Positions 20,873 through 30,437 of a DNA stretch of 64,000 nt are shown one piece after another. The notes under the pieces were generated by a model. That model saw only the letters and a list, made by a program, of their open reading frames with translations, searched no databases and was not told the origin of the DNA. This stretch comes from Alphaproteobacteria bacterium (GTDB lineage: Bacteria > Pseudomonadota > Alphaproteobacteria > JAPOUT01 > G958296285): assembly GCA_965212075.1 (NCBI GenBank), contig OZ243043.1, positions 158,797-222,796 on the forward strand, given 5' to 3'. The translations under genes were made by a program, and so were the position numbers. Every line of letters begins with the position of its first letter. Within the stretch, counting starts at the first letter, position 1.

Positions 20873-21723
20873 CGATCAAAGATTTAAAATCCTTTGAAGG
20901 CTCAAAGAATGTTGAAGATCTATTGTCGGCGGGTGCGAACTATTTGACGGCGCAGAACATTGAGACGGCCCAGCTTGATGCGCGGGTGCTTTTGGATCAA
21001 GCGCAGCGGGTTGCGCGCATGCAGGCTGCGGGTGAGGGTTTTGAAAATGTGCGGGATAAATTCATGGCCTATGCGGAGCGCCGCATTCAGGGGGAGTCAG
21101 TGGCGCGCATTGTGGGGCAGCGTGAATTTTGGAGCTTGGCGTTTATCATCGGCGCTGATGTATTTGATCCGCGCCCCGAAAGCGAGACTTTGGTTGAGGC
21201 CGCGATGCGCCATAAGCCGCGTGATGAAGCGCGCGTGCTGGATTTGGGCACGGGGTCGGGCTGTTTGCTTTTGTCGCTTTTAAGCGCATGCCGCGAGATG
21301 CGGGGTCTGGGCATTGACATTCTGCCTGAGGCGGTGCGCATGGCGCGTTATAATGCGCGCCGTTTGGCTCTATCGCCGCGCGCGCATTTTTTTGTCGGCG
21401 ATTGGATGTTGGATTATCAGGGTGCGTTTGATCTTTTGCTGTCCAACCCGCCTTATATTCCTTCGGGCGATCTGGCGGGTTTAGCGGCTGAGGTGCGCCA
21501 TGACCCGCGCTCAGCGCTTGATGGCGGCGCGGATGGGTTGCTGGCCTATCGCCGTCTAGCGGCGTTGGCGCCGTCTTTGCTAGCGCCGGGCGGGCGAATC
21601 ATCGTTGAAATCGGCGCCGAGCAAGCTGATCGGGTCAGTGAGATATTCACGCTTGCCGGATTGACCATCAATGATATAATAAAAGATCTTTCGGGGCACC
21701 AGCGCGTGGTGGTGGCATCTTGA
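20869..21723 (+). CDS. prmC: release factor glutamine methyltransferase
   Basis: 284 aa with [15 protein letters not shown] and the catalytic NPPY motif ([12 protein letters not shown]). It overlaps prfA by 4 nt. Confidence 0.9.
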   Translation: MTIKDLKSFEGSKNVEDLLSAGANYLTAQNIETAQLDARVLLDQAQRVARMQAAGEGFENVRDKFMAYAERRIQGESVARIVGQREFWSLAFIIGADVFDPRPESETLVEAAMRHKPRDEARVLDLGTGSGCLLLSLLSACREMRGLGIDILPEAVRMARYNARRLALSPRAHFFVGDWMLDYQGAFDLLLSNPPYIPSGDLAGLAAEVRHDPRSALDGGADGLLAYRRLAALAPSLLAPGGRIIVEIGAEQADRVSEIFTLAGLTINDIIKDLSGHQRVVVAS

Positions 21724-21757
21724 TCCGAGAGCGCAAACCCTCCCAACAGGACATATT

Positions 21758-22255
21758 ATGAGACAAGATCATCAGCGGCATGGCCAGAATCATCGCGGCC
21801 AACAGCGTCCGCGCAATAAGAATAGAAATCAGAATCTAGCGCAGCGGACATTGGACAGCAACGGGCCGGACATCAAGCTGCGGGGAACGGCGGCGCATAT
21901 TTGCAAAAAATATCAGACGCTCGCGCGCGATGCGCAATCTGCGGGCGATCGCATCCGCGCTGAGAATTATCTCCAGCACGCCGATCATTATTATCGTCTG
22001 GTGATGGCCGCGCAGCAGCAAACTGCGCAGCAGCAAACCCAGCAGGCGCATCAGATGAGCGCGCCGCCGCCAAATGAAGCGCCGCCAAATGAAGTGTATG
22101 ACGTGCGTGAGGCGGCGCATGAGCCTCATTCTTCTTCGCGTCAAGGGCCAGATAATAATAGAGGTTCCCATAAAAACGGCGCGGCCAATTTTGAAGAAAC
22201 GGCACGTGGCGAAATAAAAAATGACGAAAACGAAAATGACGCCGAATCTAGCTGA
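21758..22255 (+). CDS. DUF4167 domain-containing protein
   Basis: 165 aa with an Arg/Gln-rich N-terminus, then RGTAAHICKKYQTLARDAQSAGDRIRAENYLQHADHYYR. The position after prmC is typical of alphaproteobacteria. Confidence 0.7.
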   Translation: MRQDHQRHGQNHRGQQRPRNKNRNQNLAQRTLDSNGPDIKLRGTAAHICKKYQTLARDAQSAGDRIRAENYLQHADHYYRLVMAAQQQTAQQQTQQAHQMSAPPPNEAPPNEVYDVREAAHEPHSSSRQGPDNNRGSHKNGAANFEETARGEIKNDENENDAESS

Positions 22256-23129
22256 TGATTTTGATCACGCCATTGACTGCAAAGGCAGCAAAAATGAGCG
22301 CGCCGCAATCCCGATTAGCAGAAAATATTTTCCCCGCTTGGTCGCGATCATCCGGATTTAAGACCGCAACCTGCCAAATCAGATGAGCTCCCGCGGCGGC
22401 CATCGCGAAATAAAAACCGAGAGACGCGTCAATCAAAACACCTGATAAAATCATCAGCGCCCATGCGGCGGCGTAGAAGACTCCCAGCCATAATTTGATG
22501 TTGGCATAAAGCGCGATGGCAGTGGATTTGAGTCCAAGCAGAGAATCGTCATCTCTGTCTTGCAGAGCATAAATTGTGTCATAGCCGATGACCCAGAGGA
22601 TATTTCCGGCATAAAGCGCTAGCGCCGCAAGCGGCAGCTGGTTTGCGATCGCCGCCCAGCCCATCAGCGCGCCCCAGCTAAAGGCAAGACCAAGAAAAAA
22701 TTGCGGCCAGTGGGTAAATCTTTTCATAAACGGATAGATGGCGACGAGCGCGAGGCTCGCCGCGCCGAGCAGGATCGTCAAAAGATTAAACTGCAGCAAA
22801 ACGAGAGCGGCCAAAGTCAATTGAACGAAGAAGAACGCCCAAGCGGCTGGGCGGCTGATCTGGCCTGAAGGCAGAACGCGCGTTTGGGTGCGCGCGACCT
22901 GCTTGTCAAATTCGTGATCAGCGAGGTCATTATAGGTGCAGCCCGCGCCGCGCATCAGCAGCGCGCCTGCGGCAAAGAGCGCGAATATATTGACCACCGA
23001 CAGGTCTGCGCGGCCAATATAGGACATCGCCGCGAGCGACGACCACCAGCACGGCCAGAGCAGCAGCCAAGTGCCGATCGGGCGGTCAAGGCGGGCGAGC
23101 TTTATATAGGGCATCAAGAGTTTTGTCAT
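22248..23129 (-). CDS. ubiA: 4-hydroxybenzoate polyprenyltransferase
   Basis: 293 aa, polytopic, with the UbiA motif NDLADHEFDKQVARTQTRVLPSG and a second Asp-rich motif YALQDRDDD. Confidence 0.85.
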   Translation of the reverse strand: MTKLLMPYIKLARLDRPIGTWLLLWPCWWSSLAAMSYIGRADLSVVNIFALFAAGALLMRGAGCTYNDLADHEFDKQVARTQTRVLPSGQISRPAAWAFFFVQLTLAALVLLQFNLLTILLGAASLALVAIYPFMKRFTHWPQFFLGLAFSWGALMGWAAIANQLPLAALALYAGNILWVIGYDTIYALQDRDDDSLLGLKSTAIALYANIKLWLGVFYAAAWALMILSGVLIDASLGFYFAMAAAGAHLIWQVAVLNPDDRDQAGKIFSANRDCGALIFAAFAVNGVIKIIS

Positions 23130-23159
23130 TTATCCGTCTTTAGATTAAAGGTAATTATT

Positions 23160-23960
23160 GTGAAGGGCAAAAAAAATAACTTACCGCGTCGAGAGACGAG
23201 CGGTTTCGTGCCGCGCCTTTATGTGGCCGATGATCTGGCTGCCGGAAGCCGCTTGCGGCTGGATGAGGCGCAGACGCATTATATAGTGCATGTGATGCGG
23301 CGTATAGCGAGCCGCCGCTCGGCTGGCGATGATCTGTTTTTTTTCAATGGCCGCGATGGCGAATGGCTGGGCCGGATCAGCGCAATGAACAGTAAGCGCG
23401 CCGAGATTGAGATTGAAGCGCAGACGCGCGACCAGACGAAGCCGGTGGATTTATCGCTTATTTTTGTTCCTTTGCGTGGCGGGCGCTCGGCGTGGCTGGC
23501 TTGCAAGGCTGCCGAGATGGGGGTCAAAGCGCTCCAGCCGGTTTTCAGCCAATATGGCGTTGCGAAGGAGGTCAATGCGGCGCGTCTGCGCGCGAGCGCG
23601 ATTGAAGGGGCGGAGCAAAGTGAAAGCCTATCGGTTCCGGAGATTTTTCCGGCGCGTCCTTTGCTTGATCTGCTTGCGGACTGGCCTGCGCCGCGCCGCC
23701 TGATTTTTTGTGATGAGACACGCGCGCGCTCATCATCATCGGCGGCGGCGACTGAAGATTTAGCCGCTTTGCGCGGCGGGCGAAGTTTTGCTATTCTGAT
23801 TGGCGCTGAAGGCGGATTTGCTCCCGAAGAGCGCGCCGCAGTGGCTGCTTTGTCGGCGCATGTGTCGATCAGTTTGGGGCCGCGCGTGATGCGCGCCGAG
23901 ACGGCAGCGATTGCGGCACTCGCATTATTTCAGGCGATTTTGGGCGACTGGGCTCAATAA
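23160..23960 (+). CDS. rsmE: 16S rRNA (uracil1498-N3)-methyltransferase
   Basis: The sequence is RsmE-like (PRLYVADDLAAG...HYIVHVMR; C-terminal ILIGAEGGFAPEE...ISLGPRVMRAETAAIAAL). The ORF-track start at 22884 lies inside ubiA on the other strand. I use the in-frame GTG at 23160. GTG at 23208 is also possible. Confidence 0.8.
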   Translation: MKGKKNNLPRRETSGFVPRLYVADDLAAGSRLRLDEAQTHYIVHVMRRIASRRSAGDDLFFFNGRDGEWLGRISAMNSKRAEIEIEAQTRDQTKPVDLSLIFVPLRGGRSAWLACKAAEMGVKALQPVFSQYGVAKEVNAARLRASAIEGAEQSESLSVPEIFPARPLLDLLADWPAPRRLIFCDETRARSSSSAAATEDLAALRGGRSFAILIGAEGGFAPEERAAVAALSAHVSISLGPRVMRAETAAIAALALFQAILGDWAQ

Positions 23961-23972
23961 ATAACGAAAGGA

Positions 23973-25355
23973 TTGCACATGACGAATGACCGGCGCATCA
24001 CGCGCGGCGATCTGGTGGCTTATATGGAGTCGGGCTGCAAGCCTGCGTCGCAATGGGCTTGCGGCACGGAATATGAGAAGTTCGCCTATCGGTGCAGCGA
24101 TCTGAAGCCGCTTGATTATAACGGCGCGCAGGGCATTGAGGCTTTGCTGCAGGAGTTTCACCGCAGATTTGACTGGGATTTGATTTTAGAAGACGGCCAT
24201 ATTGTCGGGCTGCAATCGCCGGAGGGGCAGCCGAAGGCGTCCATCACGACCGAGCCGGCCGGTCAAGTTGAACTATCGGGTCAAATTTGCCGCAACGTCC
24301 ATGAGAACGCCGCTGAGATCAAACTCTATCACCAGCAAATGGCTGAGGCCGGCAAGGCGCTCGGCATCGGCTTTTTGGGCATCGGCTATGCGCCGAGCTG
24401 GAAGCTGACCGATATGCAGCCTCTGCCCAAAGCGCGCTATGCGGTGATCTCGCGCTATATGGTGCTCAACAGCGTGATGGGGATTGATATGATGTATCGC
24501 TCCTGCACGGTGCAGGTCAATATGGATTTCTCCGACGAAAAAGATATGGTGCAAAAAATGAGGCTGGGTCTGGCGCTGCAGCCTTTGGTTTCGGCCTTGT
24601 TTGCGACTTCGCCGTTCATGGATGGCGCGCCGACGCGGTTCATCACCAATCGGGTCAATGTTTGGCGCTATTGCGATCCGGCGCGCTGCGGGCTTTTGCC
24701 GCTTGCGTTTGAGGACGGCTTCGGCTTTGAGCGCTATGTGGATTATGCGCTGGATGTGCCTTTATATTTTGTCTGCCGCGACGGCAATTATATTGATGTG
24801 CGCGGCCAGACCTTCCGCGAGTTTCTCGACGGCAAGCTTGATGTGCTGCCCGATGAGTTCCCGACGATCAATGATTGGGAGGTTCATCTGACGACGATTT
24901 ATCCCGAAGCGCGGCTGAAAAAGTTTATTGAGATGCGCGGCGCGGATAGCGGCTACACATTGGAGCATTTATCGGCGCTGCCGGCTTTCTGGACGGGGAT
25001 TTTATATGATTCCGCCTGCCGCGAAGCCGCTTGGGACATTGCCAAAGACTGGCAGGCCGAAGATCGCGACGCGCTGCAAAAGGAGATCATCCGGCGGGGG
25101 ATTTCCGGCAAGTTTGCCGGGCGGCCTGTGCTGGAGATGGCCGCGCAGCTAGTCGCGATCGCCCGCGAGGGTCTGACCAAGCGCCATATTCTTGACGCGC
25201 AAGGACGCGATGAGGCGCATTATCTCGCCGTGCTGCAGGACCGCATTGATAGCGGCAAGACGGCGGCTGACCGCCTGCTTGATCTTTATCATGGCGCGTG
25301 GGGCGGCGACATCAACAAGATTTTCAGTTTGGATGAGGCGAATCTGCCTGATTAG
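23973..25355 (+). CDS. gshA: glutamate-cysteine ligase, plant/alphaproteobacterial type (GCS2)
   Basis: 460 aa with GTEYEKF, ITTEPAGQVELSG, and EVHLTTIYPEARLKKFIEMRGAD, typical of the plant-type enzyme. Confidence 0.85.
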   Translation: MHMTNDRRITRGDLVAYMESGCKPASQWACGTEYEKFAYRCSDLKPLDYNGAQGIEALLQEFHRRFDWDLILEDGHIVGLQSPEGQPKASITTEPAGQVELSGQICRNVHENAAEIKLYHQQMAEAGKALGIGFLGIGYAPSWKLTDMQPLPKARYAVISRYMVLNSVMGIDMMYRSCTVQVNMDFSDEKDMVQKMRLGLALQPLVSALFATSPFMDGAPTRFITNRVNVWRYCDPARCGLLPLAFEDGFGFERYVDYALDVPLYFVCRDGNYIDVRGQTFREFLDGKLDVLPDEFPTINDWEVHLTTIYPEARLKKFIEMRGADSGYTLEHLSALPAFWTGILYDSACREAAWDIAKDWQAEDRDALQKEIIRRGISGKFAGRPVLEMAAQLVAIAREGLTKRHILDAQGRDEAHYLAVLQDRIDSGKTAADRLLDLYHGAWGGDINKIFSLDEANLPD

Positions 25356-26271
25356 GCAGCTGTTTGGCGGCCTGTTTTTTGATCGCTTTTTGCAATTTTT
25401 GGAAAGCGCGCGTTTCAATCTGGCGCACACGCTCGCGTGAAATGGCATATTTTTGGCTGAGTTGCTCAAGCGTCAGCGGGACATCGCGCAGTTTGCGCGC
25501 CTCAATCACTTCGCGCTCGCGCGGCTTGAGGTCTTGCAGCGCGTTAAGCAGCAAGCCTTTGCGATAAGCGAACTCCTGCTCCTGCGAGAGCAAAGTTTCT
25601 TGATCTTCTTCTTCGCTTTCAAGCCAGTCCATCCACTCGCCGCCTTCTTCATTGGTTGAGATCGGGGCGTTGAGCGACATATCATTGCCCGACATGCGGC
25701 GGTTCATTGAGACGACTTCATCTTCTTTGACATTGAGCCGCTGGGCGATCTGGCGAATATGTTCGGGGCGCAGATCGCCGGATTCAAAGGCTTGAATTTC
25801 GTGCTTTGTTTTGCGCAGATTGAAGAAGAGTTTTTTCTGCGCGGCGGTCGTGCCGATCTTGACGAGGCTCCAAGAGCGCAGCACATATTCCTGAATGGAG
25901 GCGCGGATCCACCAAAGCGCGTAGGTTGTCAGCCGGAAGCCTTTGCTGGGATCAAAGCGCTTGACCGCCTGCATGAGTCCGACATTGCCTTCGGAGATGA
26001 CTTCGGCGATGGGCAGGCCGTAATTGCGATAGCTCATGGCGACTTTGGCCACGAGGCGCAGATGGCTGGTGACGAGTTCATGCGCGGCTTCAACATCTTG
26101 TTGATTGCGCCAGCGTTCGGCGAGTTCGCGCTCTTTTTCTGCGCTGAGCATCGGATAATTACGCAAAGACTGCAAATAGCGCGTGAGATTATCTTCAGGC
26201 GTGAGCTGCGGCGCCGGTGCGGGCACAGGCAGATGAGAAGCAGGTTTTTTGTGAGAGTCTTTTTCGGTCAT
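25324..26271 (-). CDS. rpoH: RNA polymerase sigma-32 (heat-shock) factor
   Basis: 315 aa with region 2 (HLRLVAKVAMSYRNYGLPIAEVISEGNVGLMQAVKRFDP), an RpoH-box-like segment QKKLFFNLRK, and the region 4 HTH (TLEQLSQKYAISRERVRQIE). Confidence 0.85.
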   Translation of the reverse strand: MTEKDSHKKPASHLPVPAPAPQLTPEDNLTRYLQSLRNYPMLSAEKERELAERWRNQQDVEAAHELVTSHLRLVAKVAMSYRNYGLPIAEVISEGNVGLMQAVKRFDPSKGFRLTTYALWWIRASIQEYVLRSWSLVKIGTTAAQKKLFFNLRKTKHEIQAFESGDLRPEHIRQIAQRLNVKEDEVVSMNRRMSGNDMSLNAPISTNEEGGEWMDWLESEEEDQETLLSQEQEFAYRKGLLLNALQDLKPREREVIEARKLRDVPLTLEQLSQKYAISRERVRQIETRAFQKLQKAIKKQAAKQLPNQADSPHPN

Positions 26272-26319
26272 GTTGAGCTCATCATAAGGTCGGAATTAAC
26301 CCCGTGCATATTGTCCATA

Positions 26320-27336
26320 TTAAGAGTCTAGCACAGATGATTGTGATTTGAGCAGAGAAATAACGGCCTGAAAATCGGCAGGCGGCGGGCTGTCAAAGCG
26401 CAGAGGCTGTTTGTGGCGGGGGTGGACAAAGCCGAGATGGGCAGCATGGAGCGCTTGGCGCTGTATTTTTTGCAGGATGGTTTTGCTGCTGGTGTGATTT
26501 TGATATTTGCGCCGCCGGTAGAGCGGATCACCGATGAGCGGCCAGTCGCGCGATGACAGATGAACGCGGATTTGGTGCGTGCGTCCGGTGAGCAGGCGGC
26601 AGGCGAGCAGGCTGGCGGTTTCATCATCAGGGCTGCCAAATCTTTCACGAAGCTGGTAGTGCGTGATTGCGGGTTTGCCGCCAAATCGGCGCACGGCCAT
26701 TTTGTGCCGATTGATCGGATGGCGGCCAATCTTTGCGTCAATTTCGGCTGGTCCGGGCGGCGGCCATCCCCAAACGAGGGCGAGATATTCACGGGTTAAT
26801 TTTCCATCCTGTCCGTGAGCGGCGAATTGTTGTGCGAGTTTGTGATGGGCGAGATCGGTTTTAGCAGCGACGATCAATCCGCTTGTGTTCATATCAAGGC
26901 GATGGACGATGCCCGGGCGCTCTTGGCCGCCAATGCCGGAGAGGCTTCCCTGACAATGATGAAGCAGCGCATTGACGAGCGTGTCGTCGTGATGACCGCG
27001 CGCCGGATGCACCGGCATGCCCGCCGGTTTGTTGACGACGATGAGATCATCATCTTCATAGATGACATCCAATTTGATGGCGCGGGGTTCAATCTGGCTA
27101 GGCGCGATGGGCGGTAACGTAATCGTGAACGAATCACCGGCGGTGATTTTGGCGCTGGCATGGGTCAAAGGCTGGCCGCGCCTTTGCACGTGGCCGGATT
27201 TGATAAGCGCTGCGACTCGCGCGCGGCTCATCTCGGCGAGAAACTGCGCCTGCAGCGCGCGCGTGAGAAATAGATCGGCGCGCAAGCCTTGATCTTCCTT
27301 TTGTGCGATGATCTCTATAGTCTGCTGGGAGGTCAT
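26320..27336 (-). CDS. RluA-family 23S rRNA pseudouridine synthase (RluD-like, with S4 domain)
   Basis: 338 aa with an N-terminal S4-like region (RADLFLTRAL), the catalytic HRLDMNTSGLIVAAK, and GRTHQIRVH. Confidence 0.85.
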   Translation of the reverse strand: MTSQQTIEIIAQKEDQGLRADLFLTRALQAQFLAEMSRARVAALIKSGHVQRRGQPLTHASAKITAGDSFTITLPPIAPSQIEPRAIKLDVIYEDDDLIVVNKPAGMPVHPARGHHDDTLVNALLHHCQGSLSGIGGQERPGIVHRLDMNTSGLIVAAKTDLAHHKLAQQFAAHGQDGKLTREYLALVWGWPPPGPAEIDAKIGRHPINRHKMAVRRFGGKPAITHYQLRERFGSPDDETASLLACRLLTGRTHQIRVHLSSRDWPLIGDPLYRRRKYQNHTSSKTILQKIQRQALHAAHLGFVHPRHKQPLRFDSPPPADFQAVISLLKSQSSVLDS

Positions 27337-27511
27337 AGATAAAGAGGTTAGCCGTTTTGCCGAAATCTGTCCCGCCGAAACCGCCGCTTTATGGCGCTGC
27401 GCGCTGGCCGATTTGGGCGCAGACGGCGCTGAAAATTTCTGTTATACTGATGGCAATGGTTCTGTTCACCGGCCTGATCGTGGTATTGGGCACAATTATT
27501 TGGAGGTTGCT

Positions 27512-27934
27512 ATGAGTCGACTTGCTTCTTTTCCGTGGATGATTTTATTGGCGCTTGGCATATTCAGTTTTGCGCGCGGCGTGTTTCACTATGTGACGCC
27601 CGATAGCGGCGCGGGCATTGTTGCGGGCATGGATTTGTCTCCAGCGAACGGCGCGGACATTATTTTTCTGCTGGGCGCTGCCGGTCTGATGCAGATGGCG
27701 TTGGGCGCGTTTTATGTCTGGTTTGCGACCAAAGCGCGCGCGCTCGTGCCGGTGGCGCTTTGGATAGAGAGCATCCGCGCGGTGCTGTTTGTTTCAATGG
27801 AATATAGTTTTAAGGCGCCGGCCAACCCCGTGCCGGGGCGCTATGCGCATATTTCGGTTTTGATTCTGGTGCTGCTGGCGCTGGCCATCCATCTCTGGGT
27901 TCAGCATAGAAGCCACGAACCGCAGCCTGCTTAA
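27512..27934 (+). CDS. small integral membrane protein (140 aa)
   Basis: The start was moved to ATG 27512, which is preceded by GGAGG at 27503-27507. The protein (MSRLASFPWMILLALGIFSF...) has four predicted hydrophobic segments. No family was recognised. Confidence 0.5.
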   Translation: MSRLASFPWMILLALGIFSFARGVFHYVTPDSGAGIVAGMDLSPANGADIIFLLGAAGLMQMALGAFYVWFATKARALVPVALWIESIRAVLFVSMEYSFKAPANPVPGRYAHISVLILVLLALAIHLWVQHRSHEPQPA

Positions 27935-27939
27935 CAGAA

Positions 27940-28015
27940 GTCCCCTTCGTCTAGTGGTCTAGGACGCCGCCCTCTCACGGCGGAAACAGGGGTTCGAGTC
28001 CCCTAGGGGACGCCA
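27940..28015 (+). tRNA. tRNA-Glu (anticodon CUC)
   Basis: The 76-nt cloverleaf was folded by hand. The acceptor stem GTCCCCT pairs with AGGGGAC, the anticodon stem CCGCC pairs with GGCGG around the loop CTCTCAC, and the T arm is AGGGG-TTCGAGT-CCCCT. CCA is encoded. Confidence 0.9.
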
Positions 28016-28053
28016 AAAAGCGACGCCATAAAGCGACGCCAAGAAGCGACGCT
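28009..28053. repeat. 13-bp tandem repeat x3.5 starting inside the tRNA-Glu 3' end (GACGCCAnnAAGC)
   Basis: gacgccaaaaagc gacgccataaagc gacgccaagaagc gacgct. The first unit includes the last 7 nt of the tRNA (GACGCCA). Confidence 0.9.
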
Positions 28054-28056
28054 GCT

Positions 28057-28464
28057 TTAATTCTCTCCTTCCCAAGGGCTGTAATCACCGAAGCTCCAAA
28101 TGTTGCCCTCAAGGTCGCGGCAGGTATAGGCGCGGCCTCCATAATCCTGATCTTTGATGTCCATTAAAATCTCCGCGCCGGATTTTTTGGCGCGCGCATA
28201 ATGTTCATCAGCGCTGGGGACGATCATATAGATATTTTGTTTTGGGTCTTTGCCGAGCAGGCGATCAAAGTCGGTGATGCCCGCCGAGCTGAGCATGATC
28301 ATGCCCGATTGATAAATAAGCTGCGCATGATGAATGATTTTAACCTCTTTCTCATCGGCGACAACCAAATGTTCTTTAAAGCCAAACGCTTTACACAGCC
28401 AGTCTATCGCCGCGGGCGCATCATCATAGCGCAGGATCGGAACAACAACGCCTCCATTCTTCAT
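28057..28464 (-). CDS. VOC (glyoxalase/bleomycin-resistance fold) family protein
   Basis: The sequence is PhnB/glyoxalase-like (VVPILRYDDAPAAIDWLCKAFGF...; C-terminal DLEGNIWSFGDY). The start was set at the second ATG after AGGAGG. The ORF-track start is 28491. Confidence 0.75.
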   Translation of the reverse strand: MKNGGVVVPILRYDDAPAAIDWLCKAFGFKEHLVVADEKEVKIIHHAQLIYQSGMIMLSSAGITDFDRLLGKDPKQNIYMIVPSADEHYARAKKSGAEILMDIKDQDYGGRAYTCRDLEGNIWSFGDYSPWEGEN

Positions 28465-28547
28465 CATCACCTCCTTTGATTTTCTTGACAAGTTTAAGGC
28501 AATCAGCCTACATCATCAAGTCATATCAAGAATAAAAATAAGGGAAA

Positions 28548-30437
28548 ATGAACATCTTGAAATTTTTAGGTGCGGCAGCGCTTGCTTTTTTGTTTATTGC
28601 GCCTGCCGCTTTATGGGCGCAAGAAAAACAGATAGAAGAGATTATCGTTAAAGGCGCATCGCTCAGTCCGCTCGCGCTGAAACATCTATCAAGCACGATC
28701 ACCATTTTGACCGCAGACGACATCGCTGCAAGCGGCCAGCCTTTTCTCATTGATGTGCTGCGCCGCGTGCCGGGCATCGGAATCACCCAGAGCGGCGGCC
28801 CGGGCGCTTTGAGTGATGTGCGCATTCGCGGCGGCGAGAGCGATCATACCAAAGTCTTGATCAATGGCATTGAGGTCAATGATGCGAGCTCGGCGCAATT
28901 TGATTTCGGCCATCTATCCAGCAGCCAGATTGAGCGGGTTGAGATCATCCGCGGCAGCCAGAGCCTTGTTCACGGCGCCAACGCCACTGGCGGCGTGATC
29001 GCGATCACGACCAAAACCGGCGCGGGAGATTTTTCCGGAGATTATCAGGCGGATGGCGGCAGTTTTGGCACATGGCACGGCGCGGTCAATTTTGGCGGCG
29101 GCAATAAGGAGATGCGCTTTGGCGGCGGGCTGGATATTTATCAAAGCGATGGCCATGATGTCTCGTCTTTTGGCCATGATGAAAAAGACGATTATCGCAA
29201 TTATACCGCTCATGCGCGCGCAGATTGGGCGCGGAATGATTTCAAGGCGCATTTCGCGCTGCGCCATGTCAATGGCAGGTTTAATTATGATGTAATGGGA
29301 TTTAGCGCGTCGGACACTTCAGATGGCGTCGGCGATGTGCAGCAGCCGCAGCAAACCGAAGCCGGAATTGGCGTTAGCCATGATCTGGCGCTGACAAAAA
29401 AAATAAATTTTTACAATGAAGTCAATTTGTCTCTGATGCGTTTGGAAAATCGGTTTAACGCCTCCTCTTTCGGCCAGCAGCGGCTTCATGCTGATTATAA
29501 AACCACAGTGAATTATGACAAGCTCGCCAATTTGACTTTGCTGCTGGGCTGGGAGGAAGAAGAGTTTAATGCGACTGATAGGAATTTTGCGGAAGTTGGG
29601 CAATTTATCGCGCTGGAAAACCAGATCAATTTTCTCGGTGTGAATTTCTCAGCGGGTGTGCGCGGCGAATTTTATAATAATAGTGAAGACGGCGTGCTCT
29701 GGCGCGTGACGGCATCGCGTGATGTGCCTTATGTGCTTTATGTGCCGGTGCGGGTGTATGGCACTTATGGCACGAGCCTCAACAAACCGACGCTCTATGA
29801 GCTCTACGGATTTACTCCGGCTACCTATTGTCCCAATCCCGCTCTCAAGCCGGAAAAGGCGAATTCATGGGATGTCGGGCTGGATTTTGATTTGACATCT
29901 TTTGTCAAAGGGCTGTCGTTCGGCGCGACAGCTTTCGGTCTTGATGTTGAAGATGAGTTTCAGGGTGTGTTTAATTCTGATAACACGATGCCGCCCAGAG
30001 CGGGCTGTCCTGCGGAAACGGCGAGCTCCATCGTCAATGATACGGGGCGCTCCAAGCGGCGCGGCGCGGAATTGCAGGCGGACTGGCAGGTTTTGGACGA
30101 TCTGTTTTTGTCCACGCATTATACCTATACCCGCGCGCGCAGCGGCAGTGGCACGGAGTTGCAGCGCAATCCCAAACATATTTGGGGTTTCAATCTCTTG
30201 TGGACTTTTGGGGATTTTTCACTAGGTGGCGATATGGTCTGGACGAGCAAGCAGCAAGATTTTGGAACCGCCACGATACCTTCGTATTTTTTGTTTAACC
30301 TGCATGGCAGCTATGCCTTTTCTGAGGCGCTGGATGTTTTTGTTCGGGTGGATAACGTCACCGATGAAGATACTTTGCTTAATGGCTTTGATCGCCGCGG
30401 TGTGGGCGCTTATGCGGGGATTAAGGGTCGGTTTTAG
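28548..30437 (+). CDS. TonB-dependent receptor, BtuB-like
   Basis: 629 aa with a signal peptide and a plug domain (VLRRVPGIGITQSGGPGALSDVRIRGGESDHTKVLINGIEVND...IERVEIIRGSQSLVHGANATGGVIAITTK). It also has the BtuB-like segment YGTSLNKPTLYELYGF...NPALKPEKANSWD and a terminal Phe (GIKGRF). Confidence 0.9.
   Translation: MNILKFLGAAALAFLFIAPAALWAQEKQIEEIIVKGASLSPLALKHLSSTITILTADDIAASGQPFLIDVLRRVPGIGITQSGGPGALSDVRIRGGESDHTKVLINGIEVNDASSAQFDFGHLSSSQIERVEIIRGSQSLVHGANATGGVIAITTKTGAGDFSGDYQADGGSFGTWHGAVNFGGGNKEMRFGGGLDIYQSDGHDVSSFGHDEKDDYRNYTAHARADWARNDFKAHFALRHVNGRFNYDVMGFSASDTSDGVGDVQQPQQTEAGIGVSHDLALTKKINFYNEVNLSLMRLENRFNASSFGQQRLHADYKTTVNYDKLANLTLLLGWEEEEFNATDRNFAEVGQFIALENQINFLGVNFSAGVRGEFYNNSEDGVLWRVTASRDVPYVLYVPVRVYGTYGTSLNKPTLYELYGFTPATYCPNPALKPEKANSWDVGLDFDLTSFVKGLSFGATAFGLDVEDEFQGVFNSDNTMPPRAGCPAETASSIVNDTGRSKRRGAELQADWQVLDDLFLSTHYTYTRARSGSGTELQRNPKHIWGFNLLWTFGDFSLGGDMVWTSKQQDFGTATIPSYFLFNLHGSYAFSEALDVFVRVDNVTDEDTLLNGFDRRGVGAYAGIKGRF

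Noticed and set aside
22884-23159. Extended N-terminus of the rsmE ORF (track start 22884)
   Set aside because: This part is antisense to the well-supported ubiA gene, and its translation is Arg/Ala-rich shadow sequence. RsmE homology begins near PRLYVADD, so the start was moved to GTG 23160 or 23208.
27940-28053. Integrated mobile element at tRNA-Glu (and likewise at the CAU tRNA), inferred from duplicated tRNA 3' ends
   Set aside because: The duplicated units are directly tandem with nothing between them. No integrase, excisionase or compositionally foreign DNA is adjacent. At most they are old att scars, so I report them as repeats only.
28492-28547. Cobalamin riboswitch in front of the BtuB-like receptor
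   Set aside because: Only 56 nt separate the receptor start from the upstream VOC gene, and I could not see a B12-box-like element. That is too short for the roughly 200-nt aptamer.
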